Notes: generated from the sequence alone by a model not told the origin. Shown: positions 24,925-37,672, counted from the stretch's first letter. The stretch: DNA of 64,000 nucleotides from Octopus vulgaris (GCA_951406725.2 OX597814.1:116622001-116686000); one strand, 5' to 3'. Translations and numbers: made by a program.

Positions 24925-26109
24925 AATATTACTCTATGGAATAGTGTAATAAAAGGAAATTGAGTACAAGAGTATAAATGTCCCCTAAATTCCCAAATGT
25001 TTTAGAGAGGAGATAAAGGCAAATTCCATGCTTGGAATCTGAAACTATTTTGACAGAAGGAAGGAAGGAAAGAGAAAGTCTTTTTAGCCAAGAAATCTGC
25101 CGTAAAAAATTCGAGTCCTCCAAAGTCATCCAGTGACGCCATTTTAGTGTTAGACTGGACGACAAAGTAAGTATATGATCACACAATACGAGGAAAACTT
25201 TGTTGCATTGGAAAATTAGCTGTGTAGCAAATTATAATAACTGCGAAATAACTAAAAATACACGACTTGAACTTGTTTTGGTAATAGAGGTTTTATTTCA
25301 GGTACGGCTAGATACGGAAATATAATTATATAACATACGAGCGTTTCCTCTAGAAATCCTAAACTTTCAAACTTGAACATTTCAACATTTGCATAACGTG
25401 AAGCACCACAAATAGCTTTCTGAATAATCTATAGTTTTCGCCTATTCTTCCATTGATGAGAAAGTCCACGTTTGAATGTGGTCCAACCTTTGAAGAAAAT
25501 AATCTTGAGTTTAAAAGAAATAAGTTATTTTTAAGAACATATATTATTTGTAAATAAATCAATTCCAAAACGAATACATTATTGATTTTCCCACAGGGGT
25601 AATTTAGAAATTTATGTATTTTTCAAGAACTATTATCGCTTTCTATAGTAACAGAAATAAATAATACAAAGAATTCAAAATCTTAAGAGCTCTAGAGTGA
25701 AGAACATACGCTGATGTGAATTAATATTAATAGCATTTTTGTAATTTTGTCAGATTCATGTGATGTAAATATAGATTCTATTAGAGAACAAAGAAATAAT
25801 ATTTCGTAATAAATTAAATATGAAGAGAATAAATATATATTAAGACACAGCTGCACTGATGATTTTCTGGTCGGAAGAAGATATGGAAGAATATATTAGA
25901 CTGTGTAATTTTTATAAATCTCTTCACAAACTTCACTGCGAGTAGTATTTATTTCTAACATTAGAATCCGGGTGCAAATTAAAGGAGAATGAAATTGGTG
26001 ACAATATACCAGCTAGATTGCTTTTAGACAAGTGCCGAATTAGTAACATGTTGTTATCTTTAAGGCACAATGCATAGGTAAAAAGAATGGCTATATATAT
26101 ATATATATA

Positions 26110-28480
26110 AATATGTTAGATATAGGACAAAAAAGAAAATAAGGAAGGCCAACTCTTGGTATGATAGCCATAAATACCAGAGTGTCATGTTCGTTGACAC
26201 CACCCCTAGAGGTGAACTGGCATACCGCTTTAGAAGGACCCTAGACAAACTTAAGCTAAGGATTAAGGTTGTTGAAAAGCCAGACAACCCTATCAAATCT
26301 AAAGTAACCACTGACCCTATAGCAGGATTACCAACAAGACCAGTCTGTGGAGCGAATATCGCTAGCAAATACAGAATCTCCTACTTCCTCTCAATGATAA
26401 TACGCCCTATAATTCGGATGTCACCTAATGTTTGTGACAGCACTGAAGATCTCCTCAGCAGGATCAATGACTGTAACAACACTTGTGACCTGACAGGATG
26501 TATGGTGGGTAGCATGGATGTGGTATCCCTATACCCATTGATCGACGTAGATTTTGCGGTGAAGAAGTGCATGGAGATGATCAACGAGAGCAAGGTGGAG
26601 TTCCGCAATGTCAACACGGAGGAACTGGGCCTCCTACTTAGACTGACACGTGACAATGAATACCTAGATAAACATAATCTTAGTAGTTTCTGACCCAGTA
26701 GATGTTTAAGAGGTAGACCACCCACAATTACTTCTATGGCTAGGAAGACCCATAAGGAGAGATGGTGCGGATTGACCAGAGCCATAAGGAGCCCCGCAAA
26801 TGTCCATCAGGTAAAGAAAATGATCGCACATGCACTACGAGCTAGTATAAGAGTTACCATAAAAGGCCACACGTTTAAGTTTAACAATAAAATATATGCC
26901 CAGGACGAGGGGGAAGCCATCGGCGTTAGTATCGCTGGTGATGTGGCCAACCTTTTCATGATATAGTGGGACAGAAGGCTTAAAGAACGCCTAACACAGA
27001 ACTCCATACTCGTAAACATGTACTCTCACTATGTTGATGATATCAACATAGTGGTAAAGACACCCCCACAAGAGAGTACTGTTGATATGGTAATAGAAAA
27101 TAATACTATGGAGAGCATCCAGCAAATAGCTAACTCCATCCACCAGAGTATTAAGGTCACAATAGACTACCCCACTAAACACCTCAACCATAGACTACCA
27201 GTACTAGACACAGGACTCTGGCTAGAAACTGTGAATAATAAAACCCAAATCCTTCATTCGTACTATGCCAAACCTATGGCCTCAAAATACTTGATCCACC
27301 AGAACTCAGCCATTGCGGACAATGCCAAATTCAATATTTTGATGGCAGACCTCGTCAGAATAATGAGAAATGTGTCACGCATGTGAGAGCCTACAGGATT
27401 GAAGAGACACATACAATATTCCATTCACCGCATGCAGTTCTCAGGTTACTGCCATAAAGAAATGTATGTAGATTTAGCCCACAAACAAATTGTAAAGCCA
27501 GAAATGTAGTCTATAGTATAAGATGTATAAAGGGACGATGCAGTAATAAGACAACGACATACGTAGGGGAAACGACAAGAAGCATAGGAGAGCGGGTAAA
27601 TGTACATTGGAGAGGACTTAAGGAAGGTAAAAGCTCATCGATCCTGTACCAACACGCCAAACAGGAACACGGGGGATCAATCAACAACATAGAAATTAAA
27701 ATATTGTCCATACATAGAACAGATGCAACAATCAGACAAATTACAGAAGCTACACACAAAATGCAAGATAAACCTAGCCTGAATAGGAAACTGGAATGGA
27801 ACACTAGCACACACCACAACATATGACGGTAGAGGATCCCCATAATCTGGTTTACAATATAAACCGAAAACATAATAAATAAAATACACAGATAAATAAA
27901 TAAATAGAAATAAATAACTATATAAGTTTTTTTGTTTAATTTAAAAGATTTTTAAAATTTATTATTATTATTATTATTATTACTAGTATTGTTGTTATAC
28001 ATACATACAAGCATACGTAATGATAATAATAATAAGTTGATGTAAACACATGAAGAAAATAAGAATAAACAAAAACAACAACAACAAAAACAAATTACAT
28101 GAACGTATATAAACAGAAGATACAAATATTACAGGCATCCCCCCTCTCACACACTAAATAAACATAGACACACGTAGAGATATAAGCATGCGCAAATGAA
28201 GACATACAATAGAAATACAAAATGGCTGACGGTTAGTAAGGAGAGACACAAATAAGAAAGAAGAAAGCAAAAGACCACTGATGCGGTCACAGGAGTGTGA
28301 CGGAAGAACTCTGGCCGAAATAAGATTAAGATTAATGTAAAAAATAAATAACACCGAAGCAAAATAACACCAGATATATAGTGCGTGTGTTTTTATTGGC
28401 TAAATTGGCAAAATGACCATTCCGAAATATAACAATATCTGTTTCAACACACAACTTCACATAAAAAATCTTGCACAACA

Positions 28481-28484
<4 letters not shown>
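26110..28484 (+). mobile_element. Penelope-like retroelement (RT + C-terminal GIY-YIG), pseudogenised, inserted in (TA)n
   Basis: One frame across ORFs 26187, 26736 and 27018: GSMDVVSLYP, IYAQDEGEAIGVSIAGDVANLFM, YVDDI, DYP..LPVLD.LW, HSYYAKPMAS; second frame NVCRFSPQTNCKARNVVYSIRC..TYVGETTRSIGERVNVH (GIY-YIG) ending near 27826; (TA)n at both ends. Confidence 0.92.
28273..28316 (+). ncRNA. Degenerate hammerhead-like motif in the 3' region of the Penelope-like element
   Basis: gacca-CTGATGC-g-gtcac-aggagt-gtgac-g-GAAG-aac-TC-tggcc: stems I and II pair, two core substitutions. Confidence 0.4.
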
Positions 28485-28547
<63 letters not shown>

Positions 28548-28659
28548 AATATGTATATATATTTATATATATAACTATATATATAAGTGTGTGTGTATAT
28601 ACATATATATACATATATACATGCGGGAGCGCACGTAACACACACATGCACACATATAT

Positions 28660-29400
28660 GGGGACGGTTTGCGACACACTCCCAACTCGAACAAACCAGC
28701 AAGGTTTGTTGGGCAATTAGCTGCGTAGGTCTTGTGAGCAAAAGGGCAGCACGGCACCATATCACACATCTTGTCAAGCTGCAAAATAGAACTTACTAAA
28801 GGGAAGTACAGGTGACGCCATGCAAAGACGCTTGCAACACTCGCTCACCCCCTGGAACAGAAAATGCTCAACAAACATCAACAAATGGAGGCAACAACAG
28901 CAGTACTTTTCAAGTTCATGAAGGGAGACGAAAAGCCGGTGAAAACAGGAAAAAAAAAGAGAGATTATCTATTACATGGGGTTCCTCAGGGAATATGAAA
29001 TCAGATCTAGGGTAAAGATTGCAGTTTACTGCGGTTGTCCGTACAACCCTGCGGCAAGGGTCGGTTTGTGGCCTGAAAAGCTAAAGAAAATAATCTTGAT
29101 GGAGCTTGCAATCCCCTGGGAAGAAGGGTATGATGACGGCCTTTGGGTGGAAGCGTGTTAAGTACGAGAGACTTTAGCAGGATAGCAGAGAGGAAAGGTA
29201 GCACTGATGACTTTTCCAAGCCGAGGCTAGCTGTAGGAGATTCCCTGCTTAGTCAGTAAGGAGGGAGATTACAACCATTGGAATAAAAGAAAAAGTGCGA
29301 AGGGCTGATGAGTGCAGCATGCATGAGGCAGCAGAAAGGGCCTACTGCTAATTGTAGAGGAAGAGAGAGGTGGCAAGCTGCAAACTGGGAGGGCGACAGG
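28660..29400 (+). mobile_element. Degraded HERO-type RLE non-LTR retrotransposon 3' part
   Basis: [32 protein letters not shown]; DLG*RLQF..VVRTTLR; LWPEKLKKIILMELAIPWEEG; KYE.L; EASCRRFP; EAAERAYC. Confidence 0.8.
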
Positions 29401-29611
29401 AGCAGTTATTTGGCCACCGTTGCTAATCTCTCACGGTTGAGCATCGAAACCCCCAATGACCGTTGAATACTGTCTAATAGCATCAGCCCCTACTGGCCAA
29501 AACTCCATTTATATTGGTGCACCTTCATAAACGAGCATCTTCTTTTATGTGCTATTAAACACACCCACACACACACTCACACACACATATACACACACAC
29601 ACATAACATGC

Positions 29612-29940
29612 AAAAATCCCATTCGGTCAAGAATGACCATAGGATTGCCCTTAGAAAGTTACCCTTCAAGACATAAGTCCACACAAGGTTGTTTGTTAAA
29701 GACCCCCAGTTGCTCATCGCTACAGAATCCTCCTCTCCTAGCCACCACTGTCGTGTAAGGGACACCAAGAGCTTGGGATCAATGACGTAGCAACTGAATT
29801 TAATAGTTTAGTGAACTGGAGCAATGTGAAATAAAGGGTCTTGTTCAAGAGCAAAAAAACCCCAGCTCCAGCAGAGAATCGAACTTACAACTTCACGATT
29901 GCAAGCCTGACACTCTATGTACTGGGCTATGCGTCTTCAC
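29612..29940 (-). mobile_element. Degraded tRNA-derived SINE
   Basis: Minus strand gaagacgcatagcccagt..taagttcgattctc head and ttcttgaacaagaccctttatttcacattgctccagttcact core. Confidence 0.6.
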
Positions 29941-30243
29941 AAACGCATACACATGCACTCACGCACACTCACACATGCATACATACACTCGTTTATGTAC
30001 ATTACAAATGTTTATGATACAGATTCGTTGTCTAAAGATTTGATAACATCATAGTATTGAAATGAATCAAGCATATGATAAAAAGCAGAGAAGATAAATA
30101 AATGAATACACAGAGAGCTAGAATACACTAATCATATTTCCCATTATGTAGTAATGCTGAATTGCCAATCGAATCAACCTGGTCCACACTGGGATCAGAT
30201 AAACAAAGCGATGTAGTAAAACAGAAATAGAAAAATAGAATTC

Positions 30244-30490
30244 GTTCTGTCTGGGGAGTGTCATTCTCTTTTAGTGTCATTCTCTTTTGAACACATTCAC
30301 CGGTAAAATTTCCACTCGTTTACTTATTTATTTATTTTTCTAAAATTTTCGTTGCGTCTCGTAACCTTTTCAATAGTTGTTGACTCTGTCCGTTATTCAA
30401 TCTGCGTTCTTTTTGTTCTCTTTTTTTTTTTACCAGTCAGTGTGTTAAATTATAAGGCGCTAAAAGAGAACGACTCTCCCCAGACACAAC
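30244..30490. mobile_element. MITE with about 30-bp terminal inverted repeats
   Basis: gttctgtctggggagtgtcattctcttttagtg vs cgctaaaagagaacgactctccccagacacaac; non-coding interior. Confidence 0.85.
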
Positions 30491-30705
30491 AGAATGCGCT
30501 TCAACTCACGAACTCACACAAAGAATCCAAAAACGAAAGAAAAATAGAAGTTATAGTAATTAGGGGCGAGCAGACCGATAGGATAATAGGCTAAAATTAG
30601 TATGGTGTAGGAAGGACATACAGAACGTTTGTGGATATCGTATTATTACCGTACATCGGTTGTTTATGAAATGTGAATCACATTTAATTATTTCTTGTCT
30701 CATAT

Positions 30706-31106
30706 ATACTCTTTTACTTGTTTCAGTCATTTGACTGTGGCTATGCTTGAGCACCGACTTTAGTCGAGCATATCGACCCCAGGACTTATTCTTTGGAAGC
30801 CTAGTACTTATTCCATCAGTTTCTTTTGTCGAACCGCAAAGGCATCGGTTGTCAAGTGATGTTGGGGGGGGGGGGGCAAACACAGACACACAAAGGTATA
30901 CACACATACATACATACATACATACATACATACATACATACACACATATATATATACATACATATATATGACGGCTTCTTTCAGTTTAAGTCTACAAATT
31001 ATTGTCCATGGTAGAAGACTCTTTGCCAAGGTGCCACGCAGTGGGACTGAAGCCGGAACCATGTGGTTGGTAAGCAAGCTACTTACCACACAGACACTCC
31101 TGCATC
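30706..31106 (-). mobile_element. SINE family B
   Basis: Reverse complement of family B with internal (CATA)n. Confidence 0.88.
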
Positions 31107-31145
31107 TATATATAAATTGCATAGATTATCATTATATCTATAGAC

Positions 31146-31552
31146 ATGGATTTTGCGTATAACATGCCAAGCAAATTTGTACACAATCTATTTATCAGTA
31201 CTTTACCCAATGGTGGATGGCCGAAACATTTTAACGATTGTGTTAGTCTTAAAATTTTGTCTCGTAGATCTCCTGAGTTTATCTGGTTCTTCAGTACGAG
31301 AACTCGGGCGTCTTTGAGAGGAAGACCAACGAGTATGTCGACGATACCAAAAACATTTGACATTTAATTGTTTCCGAAGCCGTGTTGAGGCAGCATTCGA
31401 AGTTGATGGTGGTTCCTTCAATAAGATTTTTACTATGTTTATTTAAAACAGTGTACCAATTTCTATAAAATTACAATTACAATTGTTTGTCCAATAAATA
31501 TTTTTCTTTAACTTCAATTAAAATGTAATTCACAAATACCTGACGCACCCTG
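31146..31552 (+). mobile_element. maT/Tc1-like transposon 3' remnant
   Basis: CFRSRVEAAFEVDGG C-terminus; terminus gcaccctg|ta like 39791. Confidence 0.65.
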
Positions 31553-31950
<398 letters not shown>

Positions 31951-32255
31951 TGGGTGTCTGTGTAGGGTGAGGTAAGCAAGGGATAATTGATTATCGTTCT
32001 AAAAACGAACTTTAATGTTTTGGTTTTTAAATTTTGCTTCCATTTCGCAAATATAGTATTGCTTTCAGATTTATTAAAGTATGTTGTAGTAATATGTGTG
32101 GTACCATAAAAGGTTTTGCGTTGTCTGTATATAGATTCTTTTAGCTATAAAATCATCGTGATAAACAATTTTGTCTGGAATATCAACCGAATTTCACCAT
32201 AACTAAAAATATTCAAATACGCTGCCCATCCTATGATCTATCTATCTATCTATCC

Positions 32256-32299
<44 letters not shown>

Positions 32300-32322
32300 G
32301 TCTATCTATCTATCTATCTATC

Positions 32323-32374
<52 letters not shown>

Positions 32375-32740
32375 CATTTCTGTGTGTATGTGTGTGTGTT
32401 TGCATATATATATATATGTATGTATTAGTATACATATATCATATATATGCATGTTTGTGTTGTGTATATGTGTGAATAGATATATGCAATTAAATTTGCT
32501 TACATGTATATGATATTCATATAATTATATCTTTTAGATATAATCATATATATATATATAAATATTTGTGTATATGTATTATATATATATGTGTGTGTGT
32601 GTATAAGGCAAAGATAAATGTTTGTATAAATACATACATAAAAATATGTACATATCCATATTAATACACATGCATATTTATGGACATGGAAATCTCTCAC
32701 TTCCTTTCTCTCTTTTTCACCCTTTCTCTCTGTGTGTATG

Positions 32741-32773
<33 letters not shown>

Positions 32774-33320
32774 ATACATACACACACACACATAAACATA
32801 TATATATATTTATACATGGAGGTGTACCTGTATGCGTGTGTATATCTATTTATAGGCTACCTTGTCTCACCAGCCCCAGCTCTTAGTTGGTGATATAAAA
32901 GATATTATTATTTTGAAAGGCCGAAAGGTTATTATTCAATCGCACAATCGCCTCAAAATACCATAAGTTCAATATAAAGGACATATCTATTAGGTATATT
33001 TCATGGTGATTTGAAACATATCGCTGCAGCCAAAATAGAGATAAAGTTTAAATTAAAAATAATGTCGGACATTTATCAAAATATTTTACGTTATTTTTTT
33101 TTTATCTCAACACTGCAAGAAAATATTAAACGTAGCTTGAGAATAATAGAAACTGACAGAATGAAGCGGCCACAAAACGCACTGCTACGCCAATGTTGAG
33201 AGAAGATTTAAGATTTCGGTGATAAAGGTATGGTAAATATCCAAATTTGTCAAATGCCAACGTTTTGAAATTTGATTGGATAATCACTGTACAAGCACAT
33301 ATCAATGTGTGTAAGTATGA

Positions 33321-33387
<67 letters not shown>

Positions 33388-33607
33388 CGAGGAGGTGCTG
33401 AAAATTTCCTGGTTTAGGGTAAAAGAAAATAGAAGAAAATCAGATAATTATGATTTTATTCAATGTATTCCCCTTTCGGGATTCGAACACTTATTGCAGC
33501 GGTTCTTCAGGGTTTTTTTTTACCCTGTTAAAGAACTCGGAAGGTTGGGTCTCCAACCAGGCCTTTCGTGATATTCTTAAAATCAAGAAGTTTTCAAAAC
33601 TACCTCG
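33388..33607. mobile_element. Mariner-type MITE
   Basis: Imperfect TIRs cgaggaggtgctgaaaatttcctggttt / aaatcaagaagttttcaaaactacctcg. Confidence 0.6.
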
Positions 33608-33609
33608 CT

Positions 33610-34458
33610 TCCGTGCGCATTGAGAGCTAGCAGTGAACTTCATGAGACAGTGAGGTGAGTGACGTCGCTCTGTTTACTTCACAAGTTGTGAAATTTGTGT
33701 TTTTGTGATCACGTGTAGTCTGCGATTTTGTCATGGAGGGGATCAACGAGACAACGTGAAAATTTGCGTTAATTTTGGGAAGTCTGCCTTGGAGGGAATG
33801 ACCATTCTTGAACAAGCTTGCTGCAAAGAGACAATGGGTCGCACGCAATGTTTCGAGGGGTATAGATCCTTCAAAAGATGCAGAACATCCCTGGAAGACA
33901 ATGAGCAATCTGGAAGACCTGTCATGAGCGTCATCCCTGGAAATGTGGTATTGTCCATCGGGAATTCGTCCCCCGGGGCCAGGCCGTCAATTGAGAGTTC
34001 TACTGCGTTGTTTTGAAGCGTTTAAGAGGGCATACAGCTGAAGCGATCGGATCTATGAAGCACTGAGTATTGGATTCTTCACGGCGAGGATGCATCCTGT
34101 CATTGAGCTCTCCTCACTCGTGAGTTTGTCATAAAAAAAAACAACGTGGTGTCAGTTCCACACCCGTCCTATTCTCCCGATTTAGCACCTGCAAACTTCC
34201 ACTTCTTCCCCGAGATGAAAAGGCAGCTCAAAGGTCGCCGTTTTAACACCGTTGTCAAAACCAATAGCGAATTTCAGACGGTCCTCGACTCGCTGACGGA
34301 ATATGACTCCCAGACAGGATTCCAAAAGTGGCAGGAACAATCGTACCGGTGTGTTGTTGCATAAATTGACCAATGCGAAGGATATGATGTTAAATCTTAG
34401 TAAATTAGTTATGTTTTTATAAAACATAACTAGACCGTGAAATGTTTATATCACCTCG
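33610..34458 (+). mobile_element. Degraded, internally deleted mariner transposase
   Basis: DQRDNVKICVNFGKSA...MGRTQCFE..FKR.RTSLEDNEQSGRP (HTH) and VPHPSYSPDLAP.NF.FFP.MK..LKGRRF; ends cacctcg|ta. Confidence 0.9.
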
Positions 34459-34689
34459 TATTGTTTAAAACAGTTTGATTCGGTTCCTTGGTAGATCCCT
34501 TTCCGGTAACCCAATTAATTCAGGTGTCTGGAATGCCAATAGGAAAGAGCCAGGATGTCCAAGTTGGCTACCGGTAGATAGGCTGCTGCTGGTCAAGGAA
34601 GGTCTCATGGTTTTGTAGTGAATAATGTCAATTCTTTTACGACACCAGTTCCATCAGAAGTGACCGCGTAGTTGGACGTGCATGTAAGT

Positions 34690-35028
34690 ATATATACGTG
34701 CAGATTTATGTTTTGTTTCCTGTGTGTATGTTCATACATATATAGTTAGTTGCATATCTATATCATGCTCATATACTTAAATGATAAACTTCAGGAAAGT
34801 TTTACAGATTTTACCGTTCCAGTGATGGCTTGCATCTGTAGTCTTCGAATTAGCTTTTCTATTCTGGTTTTGAGAACCTAATTTCTCAAGATTGGTATTT
34901 AGGCAACATGTTGCATATCTCAACTGACCCAATGATTACAGGTATAAACCTGAACTTGTAACCCAGATAGAGTAACTGCAGATTTCTCAATAGCTCAGCG
35001 TTGGTATTCTCTTTTTCGCTGATCTTTA
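34690..35028 (-). mobile_element. RLE non-LTR retrotransposon 3' end (a further family)
   Basis: Minus strand KISEKENTNAELLRNLQLLYLGYKFRFIPVIIG...KLIRRLQMQAITGTVK.CKTFLKFII*. Confidence 0.7.
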
Positions 35029-35038
35029 GCTTTATGTG

Positions 35039-35342
35039 TGGAGGCGCAATGGCCCAGTGGTTAGGGCAGCGGACTCGCGGTCGGAGGATCGCGGTTTCGA
35101 TTCCGAAACTGGGCGTTGTGCGTGTTTATGGAGCAAAAACACCTAAAAGCTTTACAAGGCTCCGGCAGGGGATGGTGGCGACCCCTGTTGTACTCTTTCG
35201 CCACAAATTTCTCTCACTCTCTCTTCCTGTTTCTTGAGTAAACGGTGCAATGGACTGGCGTGCCGTCCAAGCTGGGGGGAACACATGCGCCACAGAAACC
35301 GGGAAACCGGGCCCATGAATCTGGCTAGGCTTCAGAAGGGCG
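35039..35342 (+). mobile_element. SINE family C variant
   Basis: tggcccagtggttagggcagcggactcgcgg head, gatggactggcg and gaaaccgggaaaccgggccc-type 3' motifs. Confidence 0.88.
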
Positions 35343-35730
35343 ACGTTTATCATTAGCTTTATGTAAACAACCGCTGGGCAGCTGATTAACACAATTGTAC
35401 CCGCTTTCTCTTCTCTGTCCCAAATCATGTTATTAGGTCTGGTGTGCTTACATTTTAGTGAGGTTTTTACTGAGACATTCCATCAGTATTCTTTTTAATT
35501 GTAAGTGGCTGTGGCTTCCACCATAGTGTGGGTTCATATTTTGTTGTCCTCAAGGTTATCATTCTGACGGAACTCATTATATGCATTTATGTATGTATGT
35601 ATGTATGTATGTATGTATGTATGTATGCATGTATGCATGTATGTATGCATAGGTATGTGTATGTGTGCGTGAATGTTTGCTTTTATGTAAAAAAATTTAT
35701 AAAAACAATTTGATATGAAAGTGAATGATT

Positions 35731-36052
35731 ACTCTTTTACTTGTTTCAGTCATTTGACTGCGGCCATGCTAGAGCACCGCATTTAGTCGAGCAAATGGAC
35801 CCCAGGACTTTATTCTTTGTAAGCCTAGTACTTATTATATCGGTCTCTTTTGCCGAACCATAAAGTTACGTGGATGTAAACACACCACCATCGGGGGGAC
35901 AAACACAGACACATAAACATACACGCACACATACATATGTATCTATACATTTATGCAACGGGCTTCTTTCAGTTTCCGTCTACCAAATCCGAGACTATAG
36001 TAGGGGACACTTGCCCAAGGTGCCACGCAGTGGGACTGAACCCGGAACCATG
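35731..36052 (-). mobile_element. SINE family B, head truncated
   Basis: Reverse complement of family B; stops at cccggaaccatg. Confidence 0.85.
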
Positions 36053-36512
36053 AGATATATGTCGTGTAAGGGCCACCCGACCATATGCAACATTCCTCTT
36101 TAAATCTTTTAAAATTTTCCCTCACGGAAAACCTTATGACCCCCACAGCTATCTGCGGAGGCCATTCGGGATCCCGTGTGAAGGCCATATCTACTGTCTC
36201 TTTATGTTCTTCTACTATTTTCCACGTCCCCGCCCTTGTAGAAAAAGACAAGTAATTCTTCGTCTTTAATGTTGGGGTTCGTTTCTTCGACCGTGGGTTG
36301 CACAACTTCGGGACGTGCAAACGGCACATCATCGTCCACCTGCAATGACCCGTTCTTCTTTTTTTTCTTTTCTTCTAGACTTCGGAAGAGTGTAGCTCTT
36401 CCGCTCTCTCCGGAGTCTCTCCCTCATCTCCCGAAGCCTTAGGGTCCTTCGGCGGGCAACCATTGTTTCCCGCTTTCTTCCTTTTTAATACATATATATA
36501 TATATATATATA

Positions 36513-36938
36513 TAATATTATTAGTGAATTGAAGAAATGGAGTTGAACGAAGATTGAACAGAAATCGCTTTATTGCATTCTACACGTGTTTCGAAAGGCA
36601 CAATTTACCAAATTCCGATTGAATAAGGAGACCATATTGTGTCTTTCTCTCCTGAAGAGAAAGACACAATATGGTCTCCTTATTCAATCGGAATTTGGTA
36701 AATTGTGCCTTTCGAAACACGTGTAGAATGCAATAAAGCGATTTCTGTTCAATCTTCGTTCAACTCCATTTCTTCAATTCACTAATAATATTAAAATTCA
36801 ATTATCCGCACCAACGCACGGTTGCAACACCATATGGTTGTACCTCCAACCGTGCTGTCTTCTGCTGTGATTTTTGCTACCAAGGTATCGGTTAAACTTT
36901 TGATTAATCTGCAACAAAATTATTCATCTTTCTATTTC

Positions 36939-36941
<3 letters not shown>
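36513..36941 (+). mobile_element. Penelope-type pLTR fragment with inverted 5' duplication, inserted in (TA)n
   Basis: Perfect inverted repeat 36513-36650 / 36656-36793 (138-bp arms, loop cctga), hammerhead core, aataaa at 36732, (TA)n on both sides. Confidence 0.8.
36651..36731 (+). ncRNA. Minimal type I hammerhead ribozyme motif
   Basis: CTGAAGA (36652-58), stem II gaaagacacaat/attgtgcctttc (11 of 12 pairs), GAAA (36714-17), palindromic stem III acacgtgt, GTA cleavage triplet (36723-25); only 2 bp of stem I left. Confidence 0.8.
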
Positions 36942-36982
<41 letters not shown>

Positions 36983-36984
<2 letters not shown>

Positions 36985-37399
36985 CGCAGGAGTGACTGTG
37001 TGGTAAGTAGCTTGCTAACCAACCACATGGTTCCGGGTTCAGTCCCACTGTGTGGTATCTTGGGCAAGTGTCTTCTGCTATAGCCTCGGGCCGACCAAAG
37101 CCTTGTGAGTGGATTTGGTAGACGGAAAATGAAAGAAGCCTGTCGTATATATGTATATATATGTATGTATGTGTATGTATATGTTTGTGTGCCTGTGTTT
37201 GTCCCTCTAGCATTGCTTGACAACCGATGCTGGTGTGTTTACGTCCCCGTCACTTAGCGGTTCGGCAAAAGAGACCGATAGAATAAGTACTGGGCTTACA
37301 CAAGTATAAGTCCCGGGGTCGATTTGCTCGACTAAAGGCGGTGCTCCAGCATGGCCGCAGTCAAATGACTGAAACAAGTAAAAGAGTAAAGAGTAAAGA
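36983..37399 (+). mobile_element. SINE family B, full length
   Basis: Complete head, short TATG tract, complete tail. Confidence 0.93.
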
Positions 37400-37479
37400 G
37401 TATATATATATATGTATGTATATATATATATATGTATGTATGTATGCATGTATGTATGCATGTATGTGTACGTGTTTGT

Positions 37480-37672
37480 ATGTCTGTGTTTGTCCTCACC
37501 ATCGCTTGACAACGGATGTTGGTGTGTTTACGTTGGTGCGGTTGTGCAAGACAGACCGATAGAATAAATTCTAGACTTACAAGGAATAATTTGTGGTGTC
37601 GATTTTTTCGACTAAAGTCGGTGCTCCAACATGGTCGTAGTCAAAAGACTGGAAGAAATAAAAGAATAAAAG
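37480..37672 (+). mobile_element. SINE family B 3' half
   Basis: tgtctgtgtttgtcc..catcgcttgacaac..ggtgctccaacatgg. Confidence 0.8.

Noticed and set aside
28195-28230. SECIS candidate atga..aaa..ga downstream of the Penelope-like ORF
   Set aside because: Upper stem too short and weak by eye; needs SECISearch
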